Shown: positions 41,620-49,972 of the stretch, in pieces
Layout: each line of letters starts with the position of its first letter
Numbering within the stretch: position 1 is the first letter of the stretch
NCBI GenBank assembly: GCA_965204735.1
Contig: OZ242008.1
Span: 288,001-352,000, forward strand
Length of the DNA stretch: 64,000 bases
Reading direction: 5' to 3'
From: Longimicrobiales bacterium
GTDB lineage: Bacteria; Gemmatimonadota; Gemmatimonadetes; Longimicrobiales; Gaopeijiaceae
Notes under the pieces: model-generated
Databases searched by the model: none
Told to the model about the DNA's origin: nothing
Seen by the model: only the letters and a program-made list of their open reading frames with translations
Position numbers and translations under genes: made by a program

Positions 41620-42645
41620 TCAGGCGCCGGCGGTCCGGAGCCGGAGCCGTCGGTACTCCCGGAAGGAGATGAGCTTGCGGCGCCCTTCGTCCCAGAGGGC
41701 CAGGTTGAGCGTCTTGAGGCCGTCGCGGATCGTCATCTTGGGCGCGGCCCACAGCTCCGGGTTCTCGTCGTGACAGCGTTGCAGCCGGTAGTTGGGGATG
41801 CGCGCGCTCAAGTGGTGCACGTGGTGCAGGCCGATGTTGGCGGTGAGCCACTGCAGCGGCTTCGGCAACTTGAGGAACGACGACCCGTGGAGACCGGCGT
41901 CGAAGTAGTTCCACTCTTCGTGCCAGTGCCAGTAGGCGTCGTCGAACTGGTGCTGAACGTAGAAGAGCCAGACTCCCATGGCGCAGGCGCACAGCGTGAC
42001 GGGAACCTGCACCAGCAGGAAGCGATCCAGCCCGATCGTCGCCCACGCCAGCGCGACGATGCCGGCCAAGGCGGCGTTGGTCCACCACACCGAGCGCCAC
42101 TCCCGCTTCCATGCCCGGGGCACGTCCCAGGGAAAGCGGTGCTTGACCAGGAAGTGGAACGCCGCGCCGGGCCCGAAGATGACGAAGGGGTTCCGATAGA
42201 TGCGGTACCCCAGGCGCATCCACGGCGACATCGCCTCGTACTCCTTGACGGTCTTGGTGCTGATGTCGCCGAAGCCCCGCATGTCCAGGTCGCCCGAGTG
42301 GGCGTGATGGATCGCGTGGGTCTTCCGCCAGTAGTGGTAGGGCGTCAGGGCCAGCACGCCGATGACGAAGCCCACGGCGTTCGCCACCTTCTGGGACCGA
42401 AAATAGGAGCCGTGGCCGCAGTCGTGCTGGATCATGAAGAGCCGCATGATGAAGGCGGCGGTCGGGACGGCGAGGAGCAGCGTCAGCCAGTAGCCGACGG
42501 CCAAGCTGAAGTAGGTTGCGGTCCAGCAGGCGGCGAAGAGCCCCGCGCTCGTGGCCAGCTGCCCGGCGCTCCGCGCGTTGTCGGGGCCAAGGTAGGGCGC
42601 AAGGACCTTCTTCCAGCGGGCGACTTGTTCGCGGTCGTGGTTCAT
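41620..42645 (-). CDS. Membrane fatty acid desaturase
   Basis: His boxes QHDCGH, HAIHH and HHVHH; YVQHQF. Confidence 0.93.
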   Translation of the reverse strand: MNHDREQVARWKKVLAPYLGPDNARSAGQLATSAGLFAACWTATYFSLAVGYWLTLLLAVPTAAFIMRLFMIQHDCGHGSYFRSQKVANAVGFVIGVLALTPYHYWRKTHAIHHAHSGDLDMRGFGDISTKTVKEYEAMSPWMRLGYRIYRNPFVIFGPGAAFHFLVKHRFPWDVPRAWKREWRSVWWTNAALAGIVALAWATIGLDRFLLVQVPVTLCACAMGVWLFYVQHQFDDAYWHWHEEWNYFDAGLHGSSFLKLPKPLQWLTANIGLHHVHHLSARIPNYRLQRCHDENPELWAAPKMTIRDGLKTLNLALWDEGRRKLISFREYRRLRLRTAGA

Positions 42646-42723
42646 CCGTTCCCGTTTTTGGACTGGGGGATCAAGAGCGGAGCCGAAGGGGCGACGGCGT
42701 CGCGGAATCTAATCCCGGCCGAG

Positions 42724-43932
42724 CTACCAGCGGAACCAGAAGCGCTGCCACAGCGCGCGCTCGCGCTCCCGGAAGACGTCCTTGCTCTCGCCCGTCAGGT
42801 CCACGGGCTGGACCCAGAACCGGCACCCGTCCTCTCCGAAGGCGTCGGTGCGGTCCCGGCCCATGCGATAGATGGGCTCGGTCAGGCGCAGGAACTCATC
42901 TGGGGAGTACTCTCGGTCGTCTTCAATCTCGCGGTCGGCGTAGAGCGCGGCCGGATCGTTCGCATGTCTCTCGTGGACGATGCCATAAAGCCGCATTCCA
43001 CGGTTGGTCAGCTCCACACGGAAAATGTGCTGGGGATCTCCTGCGGTCATCCAGCAGGGAGGCGGGTCCACGCCCCTGCCTTGCGTCAAGCGTTCGATCT
43101 CGGATTCCCGGTACTCGGCTCGACCCACCGCGCGGGCCCGAGCCTGTTCGGAGCGCTGAAGTCGGGCGCGGAGCGAGTCCGGGGGGCTGCCAGCGGCCAG
43201 GCGCTCCACCTTCCTTCGTCGCGCGTCGCTGGACCGCACGGCCTCTCGGGCGTCTTCCAGCTCTCGGGACAACAGATCGGCACGAGCTGCCTGCGCGACA
43301 ATCGAGTCGGCGTCCGCAGGCGTCAGCGAGTCGGCGTCCGCAGGCGTGAAGCTCCGGTACCGGGCCACTTGGGAGCGGATGCTTTCGACGACCCTTTCAG
43401 CGTCGGCCATGCGCGCTTCGACGGAGTCCCGTCGGGCCTCCTGCCCGCCCAGCCGCTCTTGGGCCCAGCGCAAGGAGTCCCGAAGCACTCCGAGCTGATC
43501 GGCCTGCTCCGCTGTCCGGCGCACCGATTCTTGGGCATCGGCCCCTGCGATGTTGCGCAACCGGGCCTCCGCCGAGTCGGCGCGAGTTCTTGTCTGGGCC
43601 AGCTCCCGTTTCGCACTGTCCGCTCGGGCTTCGGCGGACGTCAGTGCCTCCCGCAACCGGCGGGCCTCTTCGTACCAAGCGTCGGTGTTGGTCCACGACG
43701 TATCTCCGCCCAGCAGCAGCGCATCCGCGATCTCCAGGTCCACCTGACGGTCTTCCAGCTCATCCTGGGTGTCTTCCAGCTCACCTACGACCCTGTTGTT
43801 TTCATTTCCAAGATTAAGCAAGAGCGCGGCACACGCCAGAAGCAAGATGAAGACGACGACGCTGAAGGTCTCGGCCAGGGTCATGCCCAGAGCCAGCCCC
43901 TTGCGGTAGTGAGTCTTCTCGGCGGGAAGCAT
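42724..43932 (-). CDS. Single-TM MotB/ZorB-like protein with coiled coil and non-OmpA Cys-containing C-terminal domain
   Basis: GMTLAETFSVVVFILLL parallels MotB TYAD..LL.FF; long coil; PPCW...GCRF domain; immediately follows the MotA-like gene. Confidence 0.6.
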   Translation of the reverse strand: MLPAEKTHYRKGLALGMTLAETFSVVVFILLLACAALLLNLGNENNRVVGELEDTQDELEDRQVDLEIADALLLGGDTSWTNTDAWYEEARRLREALTSAEARADSAKRELAQTRTRADSAEARLRNIAGADAQESVRRTAEQADQLGVLRDSLRWAQERLGGQEARRDSVEARMADAERVVESIRSQVARYRSFTPADADSLTPADADSIVAQAARADLLSRELEDAREAVRSSDARRRKVERLAAGSPPDSLRARLQRSEQARARAVGRAEYRESEIERLTQGRGVDPPPCWMTAGDPQHIFRVELTNRGMRLYGIVHERHANDPAALYADREIEDDREYSPDEFLRLTEPIYRMGRDRTDAFGEDGCRFWVQPVDLTGESKDVFRERERALWQRFWFRW

Positions 43933-43953
43933 AGAGCTTTCCCTACTCCCGTC

Positions 43954-45441
43954 TCACCGCAACCACGGGAAGAACCGCTTGAGGCGACCGGATCGGCGGC
44001 GGGTCCCTGTGTGCTTCCCCAGCTTGTCGATCACTTCCTTGCTCTGCAGCGCGATGTCGTACAACTCCTTTTGGGTCTCCGTCAGCTGGTCGGTGAGACC
44101 GTTCAGGTCGGCCGCTGCCTTGCTCGCTTCGGTCGCAGCCGTCGAGATCTGTTCTGCAGCTTCGCTTCCAGGGCCGGCAAGCTGGCTCCGCATTCCCTTG
44201 GCAGCCCGAGACACGGTCACCAAGTCGCCTTGCGCCTGCACCGCCGCGTTCTTCATTCCCTCCAGGCCCTTGCTGGCAGCGGTAGCGTGTCCGCCAACCT
44301 CGCCAAAGCCCGAAGTCGCTTCCGCCATGCGCGCGCCAGCTTCGACGACGTTCGACGCCAAGGTCGAAACGGCCGCCGCCGCCGCCTTGTCGAGCCTCGC
44401 CTCGAGAGCGGCGACCTTACTCGAAGAAGACTTCACGGAACCCAGCGAACGAGTCGCTGCCTTGGCCCCGTCGGCGCAGGCGTCGGCCATCTTCTTGAAC
44501 TCATCACGAACTCCGACGACTTCGGTCCCGAGAGTCGACACTTGGGCCGTCATTCCGGCCATTTCCCGAACCGCCAGATCCCCGGCCTTCAGTAGTCCCG
44601 TCTTGGTTTCTTCGATCGCGGCCTCCACGGTCGGCAGCACCTTCACAGCGCCATCCAGGGCGGCCCCGAAGCCCCGCAGGGACTTGTCCGCGCCTGCCAG
44701 GCGCTCCTCCAACCCGGCGACGGATTCGCTGCCGCGCCTCACCGCGCCTCGGAAGTCGTCGACCGAACTGGAGAACGCCTCGGACATCTCCACAACTTTG
44801 GCGGAGTATGCGGCCAATGCCGCAGCGGTGGAGTCGGCCTTCTCGACGGAGCTGGCGATGCCGTCCGTCGTCTGCTGCAACGCGTCGGCCGAACGCTTCA
44901 GGTGACGCACCAAGTCTTCCATGTTCCGTCCACCTTGCACGACGATGCCCGTCATTTCGTTGATCGCATTTTCCAGGGCCTTTGTCGCGTGGGTCGTGAT
45001 GTCGCCGGGGGAGTCCTGCGTCATGGTGAAAAGAACCCGTCCCCCAAGGCCAACGATCGTCGTCACCAGAGCGATCCCGAAATCATGAATAATACGGTTA
45101 ATGGTGCCAACACTCAAGTCGCCGCCGCTCCGGCTGAGAACGATCAACGCCGACACGAGCGATGCAAACGTGAACAAGAGCCCCAGGTAGTAGAAGCCGT
45201 CGCCCTTGGTGTCCGGCGAGACGTGCTGGTTTCGGTAAGCCACCCAGCCGTGAGCCGCCATCAGCAAGCCAAGGAGGATGGCCGTCCACCATCCAGCCGT
45301 CCACCATCCAACCCAGTCGACGACCCTGGCCAGAATGATCAGGAGGAATCCGATCCCCAGCACAGCGCCCCACGCCTTCTGGTGCCCGCGTCGCGCCTTG
45401 TCCCCGTCGTCGAATCCGGGGCGTTCCGGGATCAGAGTCAT
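43954..45441 (-). CDS. MotA/TolQ/ExbB-like (ZorA-like) membrane protein with long Ala/Ser-rich helical tail
   Basis: TM motifs YYLGLLFTFASL and FGIALVTTIVG, then about 350 aa of heptad-like helix. ATG overlaps the upstream TGA. Confidence 0.7.
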   Translation of the reverse strand: MTLIPERPGFDDGDKARRGHQKAWGAVLGIGFLLIILARVVDWVGWWTAGWWTAILLGLLMAAHGWVAYRNQHVSPDTKGDGFYYLGLLFTFASLVSALIVLSRSGGDLSVGTINRIIHDFGIALVTTIVGLGGRVLFTMTQDSPGDITTHATKALENAINEMTGIVVQGGRNMEDLVRHLKRSADALQQTTDGIASSVEKADSTAAALAAYSAKVVEMSEAFSSSVDDFRGAVRRGSESVAGLEERLAGADKSLRGFGAALDGAVKVLPTVEAAIEETKTGLLKAGDLAVREMAGMTAQVSTLGTEVVGVRDEFKKMADACADGAKAATRSLGSVKSSSSKVAALEARLDKAAAAAVSTLASNVVEAGARMAEATSGFGEVGGHATAASKGLEGMKNAAVQAQGDLVTVSRAAKGMRSQLAGPGSEAAEQISTAATEASKAAADLNGLTDQLTETQKELYDIALQSKEVIDKLGKHTGTRRRSGRLKRFFPWLR

Positions 45442-46280
45442 CCTTCTACTGGAACCCATCGAGGACGTGCTTCCGCCTCGGCCCCCGCGTCAAGGAAGTA
45501 GTCTTCCCAAAACGCCCTCAGCTGCCCCGCCTGCAAGCGGCCCGCGATGCCTCGGCGAGCCAGGAGAAAGACAGTCACTCGGACGCCGTTCAAGTCGACC
45601 CTCAAGGTTCGGTAGGCCGGGTTCTTGGCGAAAGTCCCGAAGTCGGGGGCTTCCCGAAAAAAGGACAGGTCGGGGGAGTTCTGCACCATGTCCGACACGA
45701 CGAGCACGTGACGTGGAATCGAGCCGCCGCGAGGCTGGAACGCATCGACGACGGCCGCCTGCACGGCCTCCACGATGGGGGAAACCGTGTCGCTGGGAAC
45801 GTCGAGCAGCGCGTTCAGGCGTTCCTCAACCGGATCGCGAAAGCCCTGGGAATACTCTCGCTCGAGAATCCTGCGATTGCTCCACAGGGCCTCGATGGTG
45901 CCGACGCTGTCGGGGTGCGGCGGCACGCAGACGCGCATCTCGGGTGCTGCTTCCCTGCGTCCGGCCCTCGCTACCGTGTACAACCTCATCTCGGTGCGTT
46001 CGGGCATCGAGCCCTCAATGACCTCGACCAATCTGGACGCCACCGATCGGCGCTGCACCGGGCTCAAGGAATCGGACGGATCAAGAAGCACTACGGCTTG
46101 GGCGGGCGGGGCGTCGTCTTGAAGGCAGTTGGCGGAATCGACTCGCACGGGTTCCCTCTGACCCCAGACAAACAACGCGATCACGACCAGCACGCTGACC
46201 ACGGCCAGCACAACCCAGCCCAGCACAATGTACCAGGGCTCCGTGCGCTTTGACGTCGAGCCGTAGACCGGGCGTCTCAT
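45438..46280 (-). CDS. Membrane-anchored VWA-like protein
   Basis: N-terminal TM; VVLLDPSDS (DxSxS MIDAS-like), SPIVE, VLVVSDMVQNS. Confidence 0.7.
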   Translation of the reverse strand: MRRPVYGSTSKRTEPWYIVLGWVVLAVVSVLVVIALFVWGQREPVRVDSANCLQDDAPPAQAVVLLDPSDSLSPVQRRSVASRLVEVIEGSMPERTEMRLYTVARAGRREAAPEMRVCVPPHPDSVGTIEALWSNRRILEREYSQGFRDPVEERLNALLDVPSDTVSPIVEAVQAAVVDAFQPRGGSIPRHVLVVSDMVQNSPDLSFFREAPDFGTFAKNPAYRTLRVDLNGVRVTVFLLARRGIAGRLQAGQLRAFWEDYFLDAGAEAEARPRWVPVEG

Positions 46281-46282
46281 CG

Positions 46283-47749
46283 TCACGCGACCTCGGTTCG
46301 GGCGATCTTCCGAACCTCGGTCTCGCATTCCTTGTAGCAGTCGTTCACCTTCTTGATCCGCAGGTCCTTGGCGGACTTGGCTTCCGCCGCACGGCGCTGC
46401 GCATCGGATCGAGAAGCGATGTCCGGCTTGGCCGGCACGTCCGGCAACTTCCAGTTCGCGGTCCACTCGGCCTTCCAAGACTCGGGTTCGGGCTCCGTTC
46501 TTGGAGCAGCCCGGTTCGCCGACCGGTACGACGCGATGGCGCTCCGGCAACTTTCCTGCAAGTACCCGGCGTCTTCACACAGCTCGGCATGGTGCTTGCA
46601 GAGCTGGTCGTATGCTTCGCTTGCCCGGTCGTAGTGAGCGACTGGGTCCGCCAGGCGCACATGACGTTCTTGTCGCTGGACAGCTTTCGCCCGGCGCCGA
46701 TCCAGGTCTTCCAGCAAGTCGCCCACGTAGCCGTCGAACTCCTCCTCCGCGCGCCGGCAGTTCTGCGCCGCCTGTCCGAACCCGGGATAAGGATCCTGCC
46801 TCCCCCACCACTTCCAGGCGGCCCCTCCGAACATCGCCAACCCAATCAACATGAGCACGTAGGACTGAAAGTCGTTGAGCACGAACCATTGGTTCCACAA
46901 CAGACAGATGGCCTCTCGTCCTGCAACGATCTCGTCGTTTCCTTGCCAGCAGGCCGCAGCGACGCTTGCCTCGGAGCCCGGCGTCGGGGTGGCAAGCGTC
47001 GATACGCTCCCGACGCTGTCCGGGGCAGGCGGATAGTCCACTGGAAGAGCTTCCCGGTAATGGGCAACGCCCAGGTTCAGCAGCACTCCCACGGCGACGA
47101 CTATCGCGAGGACGAGCACCCCCGATAGGCGCTGCGGATCGCTCATCCTCGCGGCCCGACCAAAGAGCCGCGCGATGAGCAAGCCGGTGGCCGACCCGAG
47201 GAAGACCACGTTGACCAAACTGATCATTACCGCATAGGTCATGCCGCCCAGGAGGCCGCCGCGGAGGTTCGCACCGAAGAAAAAGCCGTTGATCATCGTC
47301 TCGACGACGATCAAGGCCGTAAGGATTGCGAAGAACTTGAGAGCACTCTCGGGCATCTTCGGCGCTTCGCTGCCGTCCAAGCCGTACTTCTCCTCGATGA
47401 TTCGAAGCTTGTTCCGAGACTCCTCCACTCTTCCCCGATGTCCTTCCAGGTCCACCTTTGCCGTGAGAATCATGTTCTGCATGGCTTGACAGCTCTCTTC
47501 CGCCATCGCGTCGGCATCCTCTTCGGGCCTCTCCAGCTTCATGCGCCCTGTCAGCGTGTCCTGGTCATTGCGATAGACCTCCAGTCGATTCTGAAGAGCG
47601 CTGTGGCACCAGCTCGCGACTTCGGCTTCCACCGGATCGAGGCCCGGCTCGGTCGCGGGGGGCATGTTGAAGCTGCCGTTCTGCCGACCCTTCTTCAGGA
47701 GGTCGAACTTCTTGACGAGGAAGGCTGGGTCAGGGAGCTGGTTCGTCAT
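46283..47749 (-). CDS. Hypothetical multi-pass membrane protein flanked by coiled coils
   Basis: About four hydrophobic segments (ETMINGFFF..GLLGG..SLVNV..NLGVAHYR..DPYPGFG) between helical N- and C-terminal regions. Confidence 0.8.
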   Translation of the reverse strand: MTNQLPDPAFLVKKFDLLKKGRQNGSFNMPPATEPGLDPVEAEVASWCHSALQNRLEVYRNDQDTLTGRMKLERPEEDADAMAEESCQAMQNMILTAKVDLEGHRGRVEESRNKLRIIEEKYGLDGSEAPKMPESALKFFAILTALIVVETMINGFFFGANLRGGLLGGMTYAVMISLVNVVFLGSATGLLIARLFGRAARMSDPQRLSGVLVLAIVVAVGVLLNLGVAHYREALPVDYPPAPDSVGSVSTLATPTPGSEASVAAACWQGNDEIVAGREAICLLWNQWFVLNDFQSYVLMLIGLAMFGGAAWKWWGRQDPYPGFGQAAQNCRRAEEEFDGYVGDLLEDLDRRRAKAVQRQERHVRLADPVAHYDRASEAYDQLCKHHAELCEDAGYLQESCRSAIASYRSANRAAPRTEPEPESWKAEWTANWKLPDVPAKPDIASRSDAQRRAAEAKSAKDLRIKKVNDCYKECETEVRKIARTEVA

Positions 47750-47978
47750 GGGCGGTACGGTTGGAGTTCCAGGGGACGACAATCTGTCTGTTCGCCGTCG
47801 CCGCCGCAAGCGGAACGCTCGCAAGCATCGCGGACACCTCCGCTTCCTGGCCGCCGCTCCTCGGAATTCTGCTGCACCCAGCCGCAGCGAAGTGGTCCGC
47901 CCGGGATGCGCCCCGCCCCCGGCCTGCGCCATCGACGAGGGGCTTTCGGGCGCCGTCGGTACTCCACGGGACCGGACG

Positions 47979-48602
47979 CTATGCATTCCGACGCTGAGCG
48001 ATTCCCCGGCGGTACTGGTTCCTGAGGTCGCCGATGAAGTTGCCGAGAGACGAATCGCTCTTGCCCGCCTTGTACAGGTCCATTTCCGCAACCAAGTCTT
48101 CCGCAATCTCCGGACCGCCGAGCGTGGACGGATTGCCCCCATCGGCCATGACCGCTCGAAGCTTGTTCTTGTAGTAGTGCCGCTCGCACTTGGCGGGCAG
48201 GTCCCCTGGACTGGCGCCGGCTACCTTCAAGACCGCTTTGGGGTCCGACAGATACCAACGCTCGACATGAGGATCGGGAGACGCCACGACCAAGCGGTAC
48301 CGATTCGATTCCCGGGTTGCGCCGGCCACCCGGTCCCTTGCAGCTGCGAACGGCGAGCAGTTGCCGTCGATGCCTACGACCAGAACTTCCGCGGTTGGAC
48401 CCTCCAGGTGCTCGGAGACACGCTGGTACAGCTTGAATTCCCTGACGGCGCGCGGATGTCCGCCGCGAGCCGACCGAACGCGCACCAACGTGCGAGCCCC
48501 CTCCTCGCGGCCGATGCGTGCGATCAACGCTCTCAGGAACGCTTCGTGCATCCTGTCTTCGCAGAAGAGGTCGACAACCATCCTCGTGTCGACGTCACTC
48601 AT
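47979..48602 (-). CDS. DUF4276/RloB-like TOPRIM-fold protein
   Basis: LFCEDRMHE, VVGIDGN, PDPHVERWYLSD. Start overlaps the end of the ATPase. Confidence 0.7.
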   Translation of the reverse strand: MSDVDTRMVVDLFCEDRMHEAFLRALIARIGREEGARTLVRVRSARGGHPRAVREFKLYQRVSEHLEGPTAEVLVVGIDGNCSPFAAARDRVAGATRESNRYRLVVASPDPHVERWYLSDPKAVLKVAGASPGDLPAKCERHYYKNKLRAVMADGGNPSTLGGPEIAEDLVAEMDLYKAGKSDSSLGNFIGDLRNQYRRGIAQRRNA

Positions 48603-49845
48603 CCAGAAGTCCGCGTAGAACCAAGCCCTGAAAGGACGCATGTTCGCCTGGCGATGCCAGTGCGGTGGCGATCTCCTCGTCCTTGAGAAGGGGGCCGCTT
48701 GCGTCGAAGGGATTGATCACCGTCCTGCCGTCGGACAAGCGGACGTTGAAGAGGCCGACGCCTTCGACCCCGTCTTCGTCTTGTATTCTCAGGACCGAGT
48801 CGACGAAAAGGGGCGAGTGGGTGGTGACGATCACTTGGCGCTGCTCGCGTTCCGACAAGGACATCAACAGGCGCGCGATCTCTTCCACGCGTCTTGGGTG
48901 GACGCCGTTCTCGGGCTCCTCCAACGCGACCAGGGATCCAGCCCACGGATTGACGGCGATTGCGCACAGGGCAAGCAGGCGCAATGTCCCTTCCGACAGA
49001 ACGCGAGAGGAATAGCTTGTGCCGTCTTGCCGTATCTGCATGTCCAAGATGCCTCGGCGTTCGTCCAGGCCGACTTCCAGCGCCTCCACGCCTGGCACGA
49101 TTGTTCGCATCACACGCCCAATCGCCTTGAACAGCCGAGGCTCCGTCGCCTTGAGCTTGTACAGGAATGCCGCCAAGTTGTGGCCGTGTGTGCCGATGTC
49201 CGTCACGTCCATGGGCGCTTCGTCCTGCCGCATGACGAGACGTGGCTCGAAGTGATACGTGCGCCAACCGGCGAACTCGTTCCGCACGTCGTCGAGCCAC
49301 GAGTATCCGTTGCCGCTGAGGCTGCGGTCGGAGAGGACCGAGTGGTTGAGGCCAAGACGTTCCTTGCGCGGACGCCCAGGCCCCGAGTTGCCCTTCCGAC
49401 GGATGTGGAGAACGCCGTCGGCGGCCTCGATCGCAGGAGTGCCCCAGACCGTGCCGGTTGGCCGGAGGCGCGCCAGATACTCGTCGGAAACGCTCAGCTC
49501 GCCCGACCGGAAGTTCATCGACGGCTGAACCCTGTACCGATAGTGCATGTCCTTCGTGCCGACGTCGGCTTCCAGGGCAAAGTGGGCCGAAGGTCGCCGT
49601 AGCAGCGCAGGCAGTCCTCCCTCTCCAAAGGAAAAGGCTTCCACGGAACGACCGCGAACGGGAAATGGTCCCCCCAAGGCATCCGGCAACGTGGGCGCCC
49701 TGGCGATCCACGAAAGGGCTTGAATCGCGTCCAGCAGGTTGCTCTTCCCCGTGGCGTTGGGCCCGAAGAGAACCGTGAAGCGAGGCAACTCGACCGTGAC
49801 GTCGGCCAGCGACTTGAAGCCTTGGACAGTCAGTCTGTTCAGCAA
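48595..49845 (-). CDS. ABC-type ATPase (AAA_21/AAA_15 family)
   Basis: LTVQGFKSL, GPNATGKSN, LSEGT, LEEPENGVHP, TTHS; TTG start with AAGGAG RBS. Confidence 0.93.
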   Translation of the reverse strand: MLNRLTVQGFKSLADVTVELPRFTVLFGPNATGKSNLLDAIQALSWIARAPTLPDALGGPFPVRGRSVEAFSFGEGGLPALLRRPSAHFALEADVGTKDMHYRYRVQPSMNFRSGELSVSDEYLARLRPTGTVWGTPAIEAADGVLHIRRKGNSGPGRPRKERLGLNHSVLSDRSLSGNGYSWLDDVRNEFAGWRTYHFEPRLVMRQDEAPMDVTDIGTHGHNLAAFLYKLKATEPRLFKAIGRVMRTIVPGVEALEVGLDERRGILDMQIRQDGTSYSSRVLSEGTLRLLALCAIAVNPWAGSLVALEEPENGVHPRRVEEIARLLMSLSEREQRQVIVTTHSPLFVDSVLRIQDEDGVEGVGLFNVRLSDGRTVINPFDASGPLLKDEEIATALASPGEHASFQGLVLRGLLDE

Positions 49846-49972
49846 CTGGCCTGCTCCTTGCTTGATCGGTCGCGGCACGCCTCGCGGGACGGCGGTCCCT
49901 TCGCTGCACGCGTCCCGAAACCGTAGGGCGCCCTGGCCGGCGCCGCCAGCCGGCGCGGACACTTCCGCTTCC

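Noticed and set aside
42724..45441. Naming the genes zorA/zorB, flagellar motA/motB, or a chemoreceptor
   Set aside because: There is no OmpA_C domain, no ZorC/D/E, no flagellar genes and no MCP hairpin signature. Only the architectural resemblance is supported.
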